Assembly (NCBI GenBank): GCA_965248355.1
Contig: OZ252098.1
Span: forward strand, 2,656,001 to 2,720,000
Direction: 5' to 3'
DNA from: Candidatus Latescibacterota bacterium
GTDB lineage: Bacteria > Latescibacterota > UBA2968 > UBA8231
Length of the DNA stretch: 64,000 nucleotides
Under the pieces are notes generated by a model, which saw nothing but the letters and a program-made list of their open reading frames with translations, was not told where the DNA came from and searched no databases. Positions 27,436 through 37,423 of the stretch are shown one piece after another. A program made the translations under genes and the position numbers. Positions within the stretch are counted from its first letter, which is position 1. The number at the start of each line of letters is the position of its first letter.

Positions 27436-29351
27436 ACCTCGCCCGGCTCCCGGTCCGCCAGGCCAACGAGCGCATCCGCGCCCACGGCGAGGCCGGCGAG
27501 GACGTGGAGGTCCTCAACCCCGACGCCCGCCACCACATCGGCGTGGGCCTGACCGCACCGATCCGGGTGCGCGTCCGGGGCTCGGCCGGCTACTTCTGCG
27601 CCGGCCTCTCCGACCAGGCCCGTTTCGAGGTCGACAACAACGTCGGCTGGGGGCTGGCCGACAACATGTACACCGGGTCGGTGGTGGTGCGCGGCAACGC
27701 CGGCGCCATCGCCGGGGTCGCCATCCGGGGGGCGGAGGTCGTGGTCCACGGCAACCTCGGCTCCCGCGCCGGCCAGGTGATGAAGGCCGGCACCCTGTGC
27801 TGCGCCGCCAACGCCAACTTCATGGCCGGCTACATGATGTACGGGGGGCGCATCATCCTCCTCGGCGACTCGGGCGAGCGCGTCGGCGAGGACATGACCG
27901 GGGGCGAGATCTTCGTGGGCGGCCAGGTCCGCGACCTGGGCAGCGACGCCGCCCTGACCGACCTGGCCGAAGGCGACGACGACGGCGTGCGCGAGTTCCT
28001 CGACCGCTGGGAGATCCCCTTCCGCGGCTCCCTGCGGAAGATCGTCAACGCCGGCAAGAAGCTGCGCTACGCCACCGAGGAGCCCCAGGTGCGCAGCCTC
28101 CCCTTCTTCACCTACTCGCGGGACTCGGAGTACTGGAACCCCAAGGTGCAGGAGGACGTGCACGTCAAGTCGCGCATCGGCCGCTACCGCATCCGCGGGT
28201 ACGGGGCGGCGCGGCCCCTGCCGCACCTGGCCGATCTGGGCTTCCGCGCCGATCTCTCCGGCGCCGGGCCGGTGGAGGACGTGGTCTCCAAGGTCCAGAT
28301 GCGCACCGAGATCGGCGGGCTACACGGCGCCGAGCCTCTCAAGCTGAGCATGCCGGTCATGATCGCGCCCATGAGCTACGGCGCCATCAGCCGCTCGACG
28401 AAGCAGGCCGTGGCCATGGCCTCGGCCCTGTCCGACATCGCCGAGAACACGGGCGAGGGCGGCATGAGCGACGCCCAGAGGGACGCGGCCAAGCAGCTGA
28501 TCTTCCAGTGCCTGGGCGGCCGCCTGGGCTGGAACATCCACGACATGAAGCGCGCCGACGGCCTGGAGATCTACATCTCCCAGGGGGCCAAGCCCGGCCT
28601 CGGCGGCCAGCTCATGGCCAAGAAGGTGACGCCGGAGCTGGCGGCGATCCGCGGCATCCCGGCCGGCATCGACCTGCGCTCGCCGTCGCGCCACCCGGAC
28701 ATCCTGGGCGCCGACGACCTGGTCATCAAGATCGAGGAGTTCCGCGAGGCCACCGGCTACCGCAAGCCGGTGAGCGTCAAGCTCGGCGCCGGGCGCGTGC
28801 GCGACGACATCAAGATCGCCGTAAAGGACGGCTTCGACTTCGTCGAGCTCGACGGCATGCAGGGCGCCACCGGCGCCGGCAGCGGCGAGGTCATCGACCA
28901 CGTGGGCATCCCCACCCTGCCGGCCATCATCGAGGCCCTGGAGGCGCTGGAGGAGATCGGCCGCCGGCAGGACATCGAGATCGTGCTCATGGGCGGCCTG
29001 CGGGACGGCATCGACGCCGTGAAGGCCCTCTGCCTGGGGGCGGACGCGGCCGCCTTCGGCACCTCGGTGCTCATCGCCGGCGGCTGCATCGCCTGCATGC
29101 AGTGCCACGTGGGCCAGTGCGTCACCGGCATCGCCACCCAGGATCCGGAGCACGAGAAGCGCTACGAGCCGGCCGTGGAGGCGCGCAACATCCACCGCTT
29201 CCTGGAGACGGTGCGCTGGCAGATCGCGGCCCTGACCCACGGCCTGGGCTACTCCAGCACCCGCGAGCTGAACCGCGGCGACCTCGTGGCGCTGACGCCG
29301 GAGGCCGCCGAGATCACGGGCCTCCCGCTCGCGCCGGGGCGGAGCTCCTGA
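27423..29351 (+). CDS. Fused GlxC(MgsB)-GlxD(MgsC): GXGXG beta-helix + FMN glutamate-synthase domain
   Basis: N-terminal GSAGYFCAG..GYMMYGG, then APMSYGA, TGEGG, QGAKPGLGG and CIACMQCHVGQC with no intervening stop. Confidence 0.85.
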   Translation: MVQVDLARLPVRQANERIRAHGEAGEDVEVLNPDARHHIGVGLTAPIRVRVRGSAGYFCAGLSDQARFEVDNNVGWGLADNMYTGSVVVRGNAGAIAGVAIRGAEVVVHGNLGSRAGQVMKAGTLCCAANANFMAGYMMYGGRIILLGDSGERVGEDMTGGEIFVGGQVRDLGSDAALTDLAEGDDDGVREFLDRWEIPFRGSLRKIVNAGKKLRYATEEPQVRSLPFFTYSRDSEYWNPKVQEDVHVKSRIGRYRIRGYGAARPLPHLADLGFRADLSGAGPVEDVVSKVQMRTEIGGLHGAEPLKLSMPVMIAPMSYGAISRSTKQAVAMASALSDIAENTGEGGMSDAQRDAAKQLIFQCLGGRLGWNIHDMKRADGLEIYISQGAKPGLGGQLMAKKVTPELAAIRGIPAGIDLRSPSRHPDILGADDLVIKIEEFREATGYRKPVSVKLGAGRVRDDIKIAVKDGFDFVELDGMQGATGAGSGEVIDHVGIPTLPAIIEALEALEEIGRRQDIEIVLMGGLRDGIDAVKALCLGADAAAFGTSVLIAGGCIACMQCHVGQCVTGIATQDPEHEKRYEPAVEARNIHRFLETVRWQIAALTHGLGYSSTRELNRGDLVALTPEAAEITGLPLAPGRSS

Positions 29352-29355
29352 CCCG

Positions 29356-31893
29356 ATGGCCGTCTACGACCTGCTGCGCATCGACATGCCGGAAGCCCCG
29401 CCCGGCTTCGCGGACGACACCAAGGATCTCCACTACGTGCCGGCGCCCTGCCAGGTCGCCTGCCCCGTGGGCACCGACGCGGCCTCCTACATCGGCCTGA
29501 TCTGGGAGGGGAAGTACGAGGAGGCCTTCGAGGCGATCACGGCGACCAATCCCTTCAGCTCCATCTGCGGCCGCGTCTGCGACGCCCCCTGCGAGCCGGC
29601 CTGCCGGCGCACCGACTCGGACGGCCCCATTCAGATCCGCAACCTCAAGCGCTTCGTCATGGACCGCATCGGCCACCGCTGCGACCCGCCGCCGGTGCCG
29701 GTGACGAAGAAGGAGACCATCGGCATCGTCGGCTCCGGCCCGGCGGGGCTGACCGCGGCCCACGACTTGGGCGAGGCCGGGTACGCCGTGCACGTCTACG
29801 AGATGACGGACCGCCTCGGCGGCATGATGGTGTGGGGCATCCCGGCCTTCCGCCTGCCTCCCGGCATCATCGACGAGGACATCACGCGGCTGACGGGGCG
29901 CTGTTCCGGCCTCGAGGTCCACCTGAACACGGCCCTCGGCCGCGACGTGAGCCTGGCCGAGCTGAAGGAGCGCCACGACGCCGTGGTGCTGGCCATCGGC
30001 GCCTGGTGGGGCAAGCCCATGGGAATCCCGGGCGAGGAGCACGAGGCCGTCGTCGACGGCGTCGGCTGGCTGCGCGAGATCAACGCCGGGGCGCGGCCCC
30101 GGCTGCCGGAGAAGGTGGTCGTGATCGGCGGCGGCGACGTGGCCATGGACGCCTGCCGCGTCGCCCGGCGGCTGCCCGGCTGCGAGCACGTGCAGGTCCT
30201 CTACCGGCGGGGGCCGGATGAGATCCCGGCGCGGCGCATCGAGCTGGAGGGGGCGATCGAGGAGGGTATCGAGTTCGTGCACCATACGCAGCCCGTGGCC
30301 GTCGAGCCCCGCGGCGAGGGACTCGCCCTGAGGTGCGTGCGCACCGAGCTGGGCGAGCCCGAGGCCGATGGCCGCCGCCGCCCCGTCAACGTGCCGGGAA
30401 GCGAGCACGACGTCGACTGCGGCCTGGTCATCGCGTCGGTGGGGCAGAAGGGGGTCTGCGACGAGTTGGACCAGCTGGGCATGATGCGGCCCGACCGCAT
30501 CGACGCCGACTTCGACCGCATGCGCACCACCGACCCGAAGGTCTTCGCCGCCGGCGACGGCGCCTTCGGCGGCTCGACGATCGTCATGGCCATGCACCAC
30601 GGGCAGAAGGCCGCCTACTACGTGCGCAACTTCCTCGAGGGCCACGAGGAGCCCCTGCCGTACCGCACTCCCTACCGCACCCGCCGCGTGGAGGTGGCCC
30701 AGGACGCCATGTGGGAGCGGCTGGCCCTGCAGCACCCGGAGTTCCACGGCCTCGGCCGCGAGCCGGTGACCTTTCCGGAGATCGAGAGCACCTACGACCC
30801 CGAGACGGCCCAGAAGGAGGCGGCGCGCTGCTACCGCTGCGACGCCGAGACCGGCACCCCCGACTACAGCGTGCAGCACCGCGAGGACCTGTTCTCCATG
30901 GCGCGCATGGAGCCGCGGGAGTCCGACAAGCAGCAGGCCATGCTGCGGCGGCGGCTGGCGCCGCGGGACAACCCCTTCCCGGAGGAGCGGCCGGCGCAGC
31001 TGGAGGACCTGGTCTTCCTGCCGGCCAACCTGTCGCGCCTGGTGATCGACCCCTACCGCGAGGCCTGCCGCGTCGGCTGCGACCTGGGCGGCGTCCTGGA
31101 GCTGGCCCACCCGCTCCTGGTGACCGGCTTCGACCGCGCGCCGGGGCAGGTCAAGGAGGCGGTGGCCCTCGGGCTGGCCGAGGCGGAGTCCGTCTACGTG
31201 GGGACCCGGCCCCTGTCGCGGGAGACGGCGGTGACGTGGCTGCAGGTGCTCGAGGAGGACGGCCCCGCGCCGGCGGCGGAAGCGTCCGGGCTGCTGGGGC
31301 GAGTCTCAGGCGCTGGGGGCGCGCGCCTGCCGAAGCGGCTGCGGGAGGGGCAGGCGACGGGGCTGGTGGTCTCGCAGCCGGAGCACCTGGAGGCGGCCGT
31401 GGAGGCGGCCCTCGAGCAGGAGGCGTCACTGCTGCTGCTGAACGGCCAGGGACCCGCGTGGCCCGCCAACGGCTGGGCGGAGCTGGCCGGGGCCCCGGAC
31501 CTGCGGCTGCTGCGCGATGCCGTGAGCCTGCTGCGCGGCCACCGCCGCGAGGGCGACGTGGACCTCATCCACTTCGGCGGGGTCCGCTCGGGCACCGACG
31601 CGGCCAAGCTCATCGGCCTGGGCGCCGTGGCCATGGTGCTGGGGGTCTCGGCGGGCCTGGCGGCCGGCGGTCACATCCAGGGGCCGGAGCTGATCTTCGA
31701 GGCCGACCTCGGCGGCCAGGAGCGGGCCTCGGCGGTGGCCAACCTGGTCCGGGCCAACTGCAGCGAGGCCTCGATGATGGCGCGCTGCTGCGGCAAGACG
31801 GTGCTTCACAACATCGAGCCCGAGGACCTGCGGGCCCTGACCCTGGCCACCTGCGAGAGCACGGGGATTCCGCTGGCGGGGCAAAGGGGCTAG
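29356..31893 (+). CDS. GltD-like FAD/Fe-S oxidoreductase fused to a degenerate GlxD-like domain
   Basis: PCQVACP, CGRVCDAPCE, GSGPAG, GGGDVAMD and EAARCYRC motifs. C-terminal DLVFLPANLSRL..ARCCGK..NIEPEDLRALT. Confidence 0.8.
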   Translation: MAVYDLLRIDMPEAPPGFADDTKDLHYVPAPCQVACPVGTDAASYIGLIWEGKYEEAFEAITATNPFSSICGRVCDAPCEPACRRTDSDGPIQIRNLKRFVMDRIGHRCDPPPVPVTKKETIGIVGSGPAGLTAAHDLGEAGYAVHVYEMTDRLGGMMVWGIPAFRLPPGIIDEDITRLTGRCSGLEVHLNTALGRDVSLAELKERHDAVVLAIGAWWGKPMGIPGEEHEAVVDGVGWLREINAGARPRLPEKVVVIGGGDVAMDACRVARRLPGCEHVQVLYRRGPDEIPARRIELEGAIEEGIEFVHHTQPVAVEPRGEGLALRCVRTELGEPEADGRRRPVNVPGSEHDVDCGLVIASVGQKGVCDELDQLGMMRPDRIDADFDRMRTTDPKVFAAGDGAFGGSTIVMAMHHGQKAAYYVRNFLEGHEEPLPYRTPYRTRRVEVAQDAMWERLALQHPEFHGLGREPVTFPEIESTYDPETAQKEAARCYRCDAETGTPDYSVQHREDLFSMARMEPRESDKQQAMLRRRLAPRDNPFPEERPAQLEDLVFLPANLSRLVIDPYREACRVGCDLGGVLELAHPLLVTGFDRAPGQVKEAVALGLAEAESVYVGTRPLSRETAVTWLQVLEEDGPAPAAEASGLLGRVSGAGGARLPKRLREGQATGLVVSQPEHLEAAVEAALEQEASLLLLNGQGPAWPANGWAELAGAPDLRLLRDAVSLLRGHRREGDVDLIHFGGVRSGTDAAKLIGLGAVAMVLGVSAGLAAGGHIQGPELIFEADLGGQERASAVANLVRANCSEASMMARCCGKTVLHNIEPEDLRALTLATCESTGIPLAGQRG

Positions 31894-31998
31894 CAGGGCA
31901 GGCGCCGGCCGCTCGTCGGACGCTCCCTGCCGCGAGGTTCCCGCAAGAGAAGGTCTGAGACTTCGCAAGCGCCTCGGGATCCGAAGCCGGCCGCAACG

Positions 31999-33852
31999 TC
32001 AGCGCAGGTAGAGCAGCTTCCGCGTCTCCGTGACGGTCCCGGTCTCCAGGCGGTAGAGGTAGACGCCGCCGGCGACCGGGCGTCCGCCCTGGTCGCGGCC
32101 GTCCCAGGCGGCCTCGCCATAGCCCGCCGGGACCGAGCCGTCGATCAGGGTGCGGACCCTCTGCCCCTGGAGGTTGTAGACGTGCAGGGCCACCCGGGCG
32201 GAGCGGGGAGCCTGGAAGGGCAGGACCGTGCTCCCGTTGAAGGGGTTGGGGTAGTTCTGCAGGAGGGTCCAGTCCGAGGGCGCGGAGGCGGGGGCGTGGG
32301 CGGTCTCGATTGTGGTGATGATCTCGGGCGGCCCGGAGGTGCGGAGCTGCTCGACGGTGAGCGCGGCCGGTTCGGCGAAGGGCATCGGACCCCCGCCGTC
32401 GGCGAAGGGTGTGGAACGGACCTCGCGGCCGTCGGCCAGGGTGACGACCAGCTCCCATTTCTCCAGGGGGGTGTCGGCCGAGCCGGCGCAGTCCCAGCGG
32501 GCGTCTGCAGAGCGGATGTTGTCCACCGTGGGCAGGTCGGGGTTGTAGTCGAACATGGGGTCCACGGTCATCTCGTCGGCCGAGAGGGTGGTGTAGAGCC
32601 GGGTGAGATAGGGCTTGTCGGCAAAGAGCTGCTCCACCTCTTCGAGGGGCTCGACGACGATGCGTTCCAGGTCGGCGGTGAAGGCTGCGGCGTCGAAGTC
32701 GAGATCGGCGGTCCAGCGGTCGTAGGCGCGCATGTTGTTGTAGAAGGATCGCTCGGCGGTATCCTGGAGCCAGCCTTCTTCCTTCGCCTTGTCGTAGGCT
32801 TCGCGGTCCCCGCCGAACACGACTTCGAGCACCCCCTCCTCGAGCACCGCGGCCGGCATGGGGATGTGGCGGCGGATCAGGGTCTGCATCTGGGTGTCGC
32901 GTGGGAATCCCTGCCCGAGGGCCTCGTCGAGGAAGTCGGCGGGATGCTCCTTGCCGCGCAGTTCCTCCAGATCGAACTCTCCGAAGAAGAAGTCGCCCAC
33001 GATGCTGCTGGGCCCGGCGTAGTCGGTGACGAAGGCCTGGCCGCCCGCTTCATCGGCGGCCTGCGTGACGATGTCCGGGTAGTTGAAGCCGCCGCTCCAC
33101 CAGTCGATCAGGGCCTCGTTGATCTGCACGTGCAGGTAGTTCTCCGGGATGGCGCGCTGGTCGGCCAGAATCCAGGCGAGGATGCCGAGGTCGGGAACGG
33201 TGGCCACGGCGGTGAGGCGGATGGGGATGCCGGGCCTCTCGGCGGCGTAGGTCATGGCGATCGGCTGCAGGTCGCCCACCTCCTGATCGGCGGCGAGCTT
33301 GAGGGCGAGGAAGTAGAAGGCCTCTTCCACGTACGGGGTCAGGAGGGGGACCCCGAGGTCGCCGAGCTGGTAGCCGTTGTCCACGAGCCAGTCGACGATG
33401 GCGTGGGGATCCTCGGAGGTGATGACCGCGATGTCGTAGGGCCCGACCTGTTCCTGGAGGACGACTTCCACCTCCTCGGGGAAGCCGGTGGGGAAGGTGC
33501 AGTTGGGACAGTCATGAGTCCTGAGGACGATCGGGAAGCCGCAGTCGTCATCCTGGAAATTCAGCTGGTAGAAAGGCTGGGTTGCCCACTGCAGCTGGGT
33601 GAAGATGGAGTTGTGGCTCACGGCCAGCTCCGGCACCGAGGGCAGGGGCAGGATCCAGGCGAAGTCCGAGGCCGCGCCGCTGTACAGGAGCTGCACGTGG
33701 GTGGTGACGGTGCCTTCGCCCTGGACGAAGAGGATGTTCTCGGCCACCTGGTTCATGGGGAAGGTGGTGCAGAAGAAACCGCCGCAGGCGCGGGCGGCGG
33801 GGACGCTGAGCAGGAGGGAGAAGAGCGTGGCAAGTGGCAACCTGGCGGTCAT
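31999..33852 (-). CDS. Secreted DUF2330-like protein with FlgD-Ig tail
   Basis: Signal peptide + ACGGFFC, FAWILPLP, VGPYD, WLVDNGY, YLTRLYT and NYPNPFN motifs. Confidence 0.78.
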   Translation of the reverse strand: MTARLPLATLFSLLLSVPAARACGGFFCTTFPMNQVAENILFVQGEGTVTTHVQLLYSGAASDFAWILPLPSVPELAVSHNSIFTQLQWATQPFYQLNFQDDDCGFPIVLRTHDCPNCTFPTGFPEEVEVVLQEQVGPYDIAVITSEDPHAIVDWLVDNGYQLGDLGVPLLTPYVEEAFYFLALKLAADQEVGDLQPIAMTYAAERPGIPIRLTAVATVPDLGILAWILADQRAIPENYLHVQINEALIDWWSGGFNYPDIVTQAADEAGGQAFVTDYAGPSSIVGDFFFGEFDLEELRGKEHPADFLDEALGQGFPRDTQMQTLIRRHIPMPAAVLEEGVLEVVFGGDREAYDKAKEEGWLQDTAERSFYNNMRAYDRWTADLDFDAAAFTADLERIVVEPLEEVEQLFADKPYLTRLYTTLSADEMTVDPMFDYNPDLPTVDNIRSADARWDCAGSADTPLEKWELVVTLADGREVRSTPFADGGGPMPFAEPAALTVEQLRTSGPPEIITTIETAHAPASAPSDWTLLQNYPNPFNGSTVLPFQAPRSARVALHVYNLQGQRVRTLIDGSVPAGYGEAAWDGRDQGGRPVAGGVYLYRLETGTVTETRKLLYLR

Positions 33853-33971
33853 ACACTGCCTCCTTCCTTGTTGAAGAGTAAGGAAGTATAGCCACCGGGC
33901 GGATCTGCTGCCAGGCGACAGGCGGATCCGTCGCCGGGCCGAGAGGGGGCGCCGACCGCGGGGAGGCGCGA

Positions 33972-34922
33972 CTAGCGTGGCTTCACCCCGGAGGTGTCCG
34001 GCGGCGGCGCCCACGATCCCGGAACCTCCAGGCCGGCCACCTTGACGTTGGCCAGGATTGACACGCCGATGCGCCGGTCGCCGGCCGCATACAGCGGCGC
34101 CAGGGTTTCCTCGCTGGCCCCGAGGAGGGCGGCGGCGGCGCGGTCCACGGCGATAGCGTCGGCACTGGCCAGCACCAGGCGGCCCTCGCCGGCCTCGTCT
34201 CCCGTCATGTCGAGCAGGGTGTAGTCCACCTCCGCCAGCAGGGCCAGGTCGACGGGGCCGGGGACCGGCCCGCCGGAGCCGGGGCCCGCCAGCCCCCGGA
34301 GGTTGTCGAGGCCGGCCAGGGGACCCCCCGCCCGGGAGACGTTGACGAGGGCGTCGCACTCCAGCAGGCTGACCGGCACCGCGTAGGGACCGCCGCCGCC
34401 GGGTACCTCCGTCTCCTCCAGCTCTTCCTCTCGCAGGACGAGTATTTCCAGGCCGACCCCGGCCAGCTCCGGGTCCCCGAGCAGGGCCGCCAGGGCCTTC
34501 GACAGGCCTTCGGGAGGCTCGGCCGACGTGCCCGGGACGCCGCCCACCAACAGGCCGATCCCGGCCTCGGGGGCGGTCCGGGCCAGCTCCTTCACCACGG
34601 CGGCGATCACGCGCACGTGGCGGCCCAGCGCCCCGTCGTCCATGGGCCCGTGGGCAGGGCGCACCAGGATCCGCTCCGAGGACGGGTCGATGGCCTTGTG
34701 GAGGCCTCCGGAGAGGTAGATGGCTCCGCGCACGAGGTCGGCTTCCGTGGCGGATTCCGGTGCGCCGGGTCCCGACGGCGAGGCGGCGCCGACGACGGCC
34801 ACGTGGCCGGGGGTGGCGGCCGAGAGGGCGTCAGGCCCCCCGGGACCGGGCGGCCAGAGGCCCGGCAGGCCTGGCGCCAGAATCGCGGCGAGGACGAGGA
34901 TCAGGCGGCCCTTCGGAGTCAA
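33972..34922 (-). CDS. Exported hypothetical protein, weakly DUF362-like
   Basis: Hydrophobic N-terminus. ECDALVNV and LVLASADAIAVD segments. Start uncertain (TTG overlapping the glcF stop). Confidence 0.45.
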   Translation of the reverse strand: MTPKGRLILVLAAILAPGLPGLWPPGPGGPDALSAATPGHVAVVGAASPSGPGAPESATEADLVRGAIYLSGGLHKAIDPSSERILVRPAHGPMDDGALGRHVRVIAAVVKELARTAPEAGIGLLVGGVPGTSAEPPEGLSKALAALLGDPELAGVGLEILVLREEELEETEVPGGGGPYAVPVSLLECDALVNVSRAGGPLAGLDNLRGLAGPGSGGPVPGPVDLALLAEVDYTLLDMTGDEAGEGRLVLASADAIAVDRAAAALLGASEETLAPLYAAGDRRIGVSILANVKVAGLEVPGSWAPPPDTSGVKPR

Positions 34923-36217
34923 GCGGGACCGGTCTTCTCCAGGGCCGCGGGGCGGGGTCCGCCCGTGGCCCAGTCGAGCAGCTCCACGGTATGGACAACC
35001 GGGCTGTCGACGGCGGCCCCGATCTGCTCCAGGCAGCCGATGTTGCCGGCCGCCACCGCATCCGGCGCGAGGCTGCGGATGTGGTCGGCCTTGCGCTGCT
35101 GCAGGGGCTGGGCCATGTGCGGCCGCAGCAGGTTGTAGGTGCCGGCGCTGCCGCAGCAGATGTGGCCTTCGGGGATCTCGAGCACCTGGAAGCCCGCCTC
35201 GCTCAGCAGCTGCCTTGGTTCGTCGCGGACCTTCAGTCCGTGCTGCAGGGAGCAGGCGTCGTGATAGGCCAGCCGCAGGGGCGGGACCTCGGCCGTCTCG
35301 CCGAGACCGAGGCCGGCGACGACCTCGGTGATGTCCCGGGTCGCCTGGGCCACGCGTGCCGCGTCCCCGGCGCGTTCGGGATCCTCGGCGAAGAAATGGC
35401 CGTACTCGCGCACGGCCGTGGCGCATCCCGATGTGGTGAGCACCACCGCATCGACTCCGTCGGCGAGCAGCCGGCTCCACACGTCGATGTTGTTCGCCAT
35501 CATCCGCAGGCTCTGCCGGCGCTCCCCCATGTGATAGGTGAGGGCGCCGCAGCACCCGGCCTCCTGGGGGATCACCACCTCGACGCCGAGCCGCGTCAGC
35601 AGGCGCACGGCGGCGTCGTTGATGTCGGGTCCGAGTACCGACTGGGCGCAGCCCGTGAGCAGGGCCGCGCGTAGTCGCCCCGGCCCCTGGGCGGCATGCA
35701 CGCCAGGGGTGGCGAGCCCCGCCGGCGCCGGCAGCCGCCGCGGTGTCATGGCTGCCAGATGGCGCAGCCGCCGGGGCAGCAGGCCCGCCAGGGGGCGCGT
35801 CCATCCGGCCAGGGTCAGGGCGCGGCGGAAGCGGCGGGGATGGGGCAGCATCCACGCGAGCAGGCCGCGCTGCAGGCGGTCGACCAGCCCTCGCCGGCGC
35901 AGCTTCTCGATGCGGGGACGGCCGTCGTCGAGCAGCCTCGAGTAGAGGACCCCGCTGGGGCAGGTCGTCTCGCAGGCGAGGCAGCCGAGGCAGTTGTCGA
36001 TGTGGTCGAGAGTCGCCGCCGAGGGAGTCACCCGCCCCTCGAGGACGCTCTTCATCAGGTAGATCCGTCCCCGCGGTCCTTCCAGCTCGTTACCGGTGAG
36101 CAGGTAGGTGGGACAGGTGGCGTTGCAGAACCCGCAGTGCACGCAGGTGCGCAGGGCGGCCTCCGCGTCACGCACGGAGGCCTCGGACCGGAGATCCTCG
36201 GGGATGTCGGTACGCAC
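34919..36217 (-). CDS. glcF: Glycolate oxidase iron-sulfur subunit
   Basis: CVHCGFCNATCPTY, CLGCLACETTCPSG and two CCG domains. Confidence 0.88.
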   Translation of the reverse strand: MRTDIPEDLRSEASVRDAEAALRTCVHCGFCNATCPTYLLTGNELEGPRGRIYLMKSVLEGRVTPSAATLDHIDNCLGCLACETTCPSGVLYSRLLDDGRPRIEKLRRRGLVDRLQRGLLAWMLPHPRRFRRALTLAGWTRPLAGLLPRRLRHLAAMTPRRLPAPAGLATPGVHAAQGPGRLRAALLTGCAQSVLGPDINDAAVRLLTRLGVEVVIPQEAGCCGALTYHMGERRQSLRMMANNIDVWSRLLADGVDAVVLTTSGCATAVREYGHFFAEDPERAGDAARVAQATRDITEVVAGLGLGETAEVPPLRLAYHDACSLQHGLKVRDEPRQLLSEAGFQVLEIPEGHICCGSAGTYNLLRPHMAQPLQQRKADHIRSLAPDAVAAGNIGCLEQIGAAVDSPVVHTVELLDWATGGPRPAALEKTGPA

Positions 36218-36310
36218 GATCGGCTCGGCGGGGGTCCTGGAGGGCAGGAAAGTTGAGCGCGCGGGTGATGTTGTGGAAGTTACGGCGCCCGGAGAGACCG
36301 GCAAAGAGAG

Positions 36311-37423
36311 ATGAGAATCGTCGACGGCGTCCGACTCGCCCCTTACACCAGCCTCGGCCTCGGCGGCATGGCCCGCCACCTCGCCCATTGCACGAGCGAG
36401 GAGGATGTCCGCGAGGCCCTGTGCTGGGGGCGGTCCCGGGGCCTGCCGGTCCACGTGCTGGGCGGTGGCAGCAACACCGTCTTCGACGACGCCGGGTACG
36501 ATGGCCTGGTGCTGCGGGTAGAGCTCCTCGGCGTGCGCATCGAGGCCAACGGCGGCGGCGCCTCCGTGTCGGCCGCCGCGGGGGAGGACTGGGACGGCCT
36601 CGTGCGCTGCTGCATCGAGGCGGACCTGTCCGGCGTCGAGTGCCTGTCCGGCATCCCCGGCCAGGTGGGCGCTACGCCCATGCAGAACGTGGGCGCCTAC
36701 GGACAGGAGGTCTGCCACACCATCGTCGCGGTGCGAGCCATCGAGCGCGCCTCCGGCGAGGCGCGGACCTTCGCCAACGAGGAGTGCGGCTTCGGCTATC
36801 GCACCAGCCGCTTCAAGACCGGCGACCGCGACCGCTACATCATCACCCAGGTCACCTACCGGCTTCCTCGCAGCCGCCGCCCCGAGATCCGCTATCCCGA
36901 GCTGCAGCGCCGCCTGGAGACGGACGGCGTGGACCTGGAGAGCCTGCCCGCGGGAGCGCCGGCGTCGGCGGCCGTGCGCGAGGCCGTCCTGCACCTGCGG
37001 CGCGGCAAGGCGATGCTCCTCGACGGCGGTCCCAACGCCCGCTCGGCCGGGTCGTTCTTCCTGAACCCCGTGCTCACCGGGGAGCAGCTGGCCGCGGTGC
37101 GTGAGCGCTGGCGCCAGCGGGGCGGGTCTCCGGCCGGGATCCCGGTGTACGCCGCCGGAGACGGTCTCCACAAGGTGGCCGCCGCCTGGCTCGTGGAGGG
37201 CGCCGGGTTCGCCAGGGGCACCCGGCGCGGCGGAGCCGCCATCTCCGAGCGCCACGCCCTGGCCCTGGTCAACCGGGGCGGCAGCAGCGCGGACCTGCTC
37301 GCTCTCGCCGGGGAGGTCGCCGCCAGCGTGCGCGAGACCTTCGGCGTGTCCCTGGAGCCCGAGCCGGTGTACGTGCCGCCCCATCCAGGCCCCTGCGGCG
37401 AGCCCGCAAAGGAGAGCGGCTGA
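36311..37423 (+). CDS. murB: UDP-N-acetylenolpyruvoylglucosamine reductase
   Basis: LGGGSN, GIPG.VGA.P.QNVGAYG, SAGSFFLNP and HALALVN motifs. Confidence 0.93.
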   Translation: MRIVDGVRLAPYTSLGLGGMARHLAHCTSEEDVREALCWGRSRGLPVHVLGGGSNTVFDDAGYDGLVLRVELLGVRIEANGGGASVSAAAGEDWDGLVRCCIEADLSGVECLSGIPGQVGATPMQNVGAYGQEVCHTIVAVRAIERASGEARTFANEECGFGYRTSRFKTGDRDRYIITQVTYRLPRSRRPEIRYPELQRRLETDGVDLESLPAGAPASAAVREAVLHLRRGKAMLLDGGPNARSAGSFFLNPVLTGEQLAAVRERWRQRGGSPAGIPVYAAGDGLHKVAAAWLVEGAGFARGTRRGGAAISERHALALVNRGGSSADLLALAGEVAASVRETFGVSLEPEPVYVPPHPGPCGEPAKESG

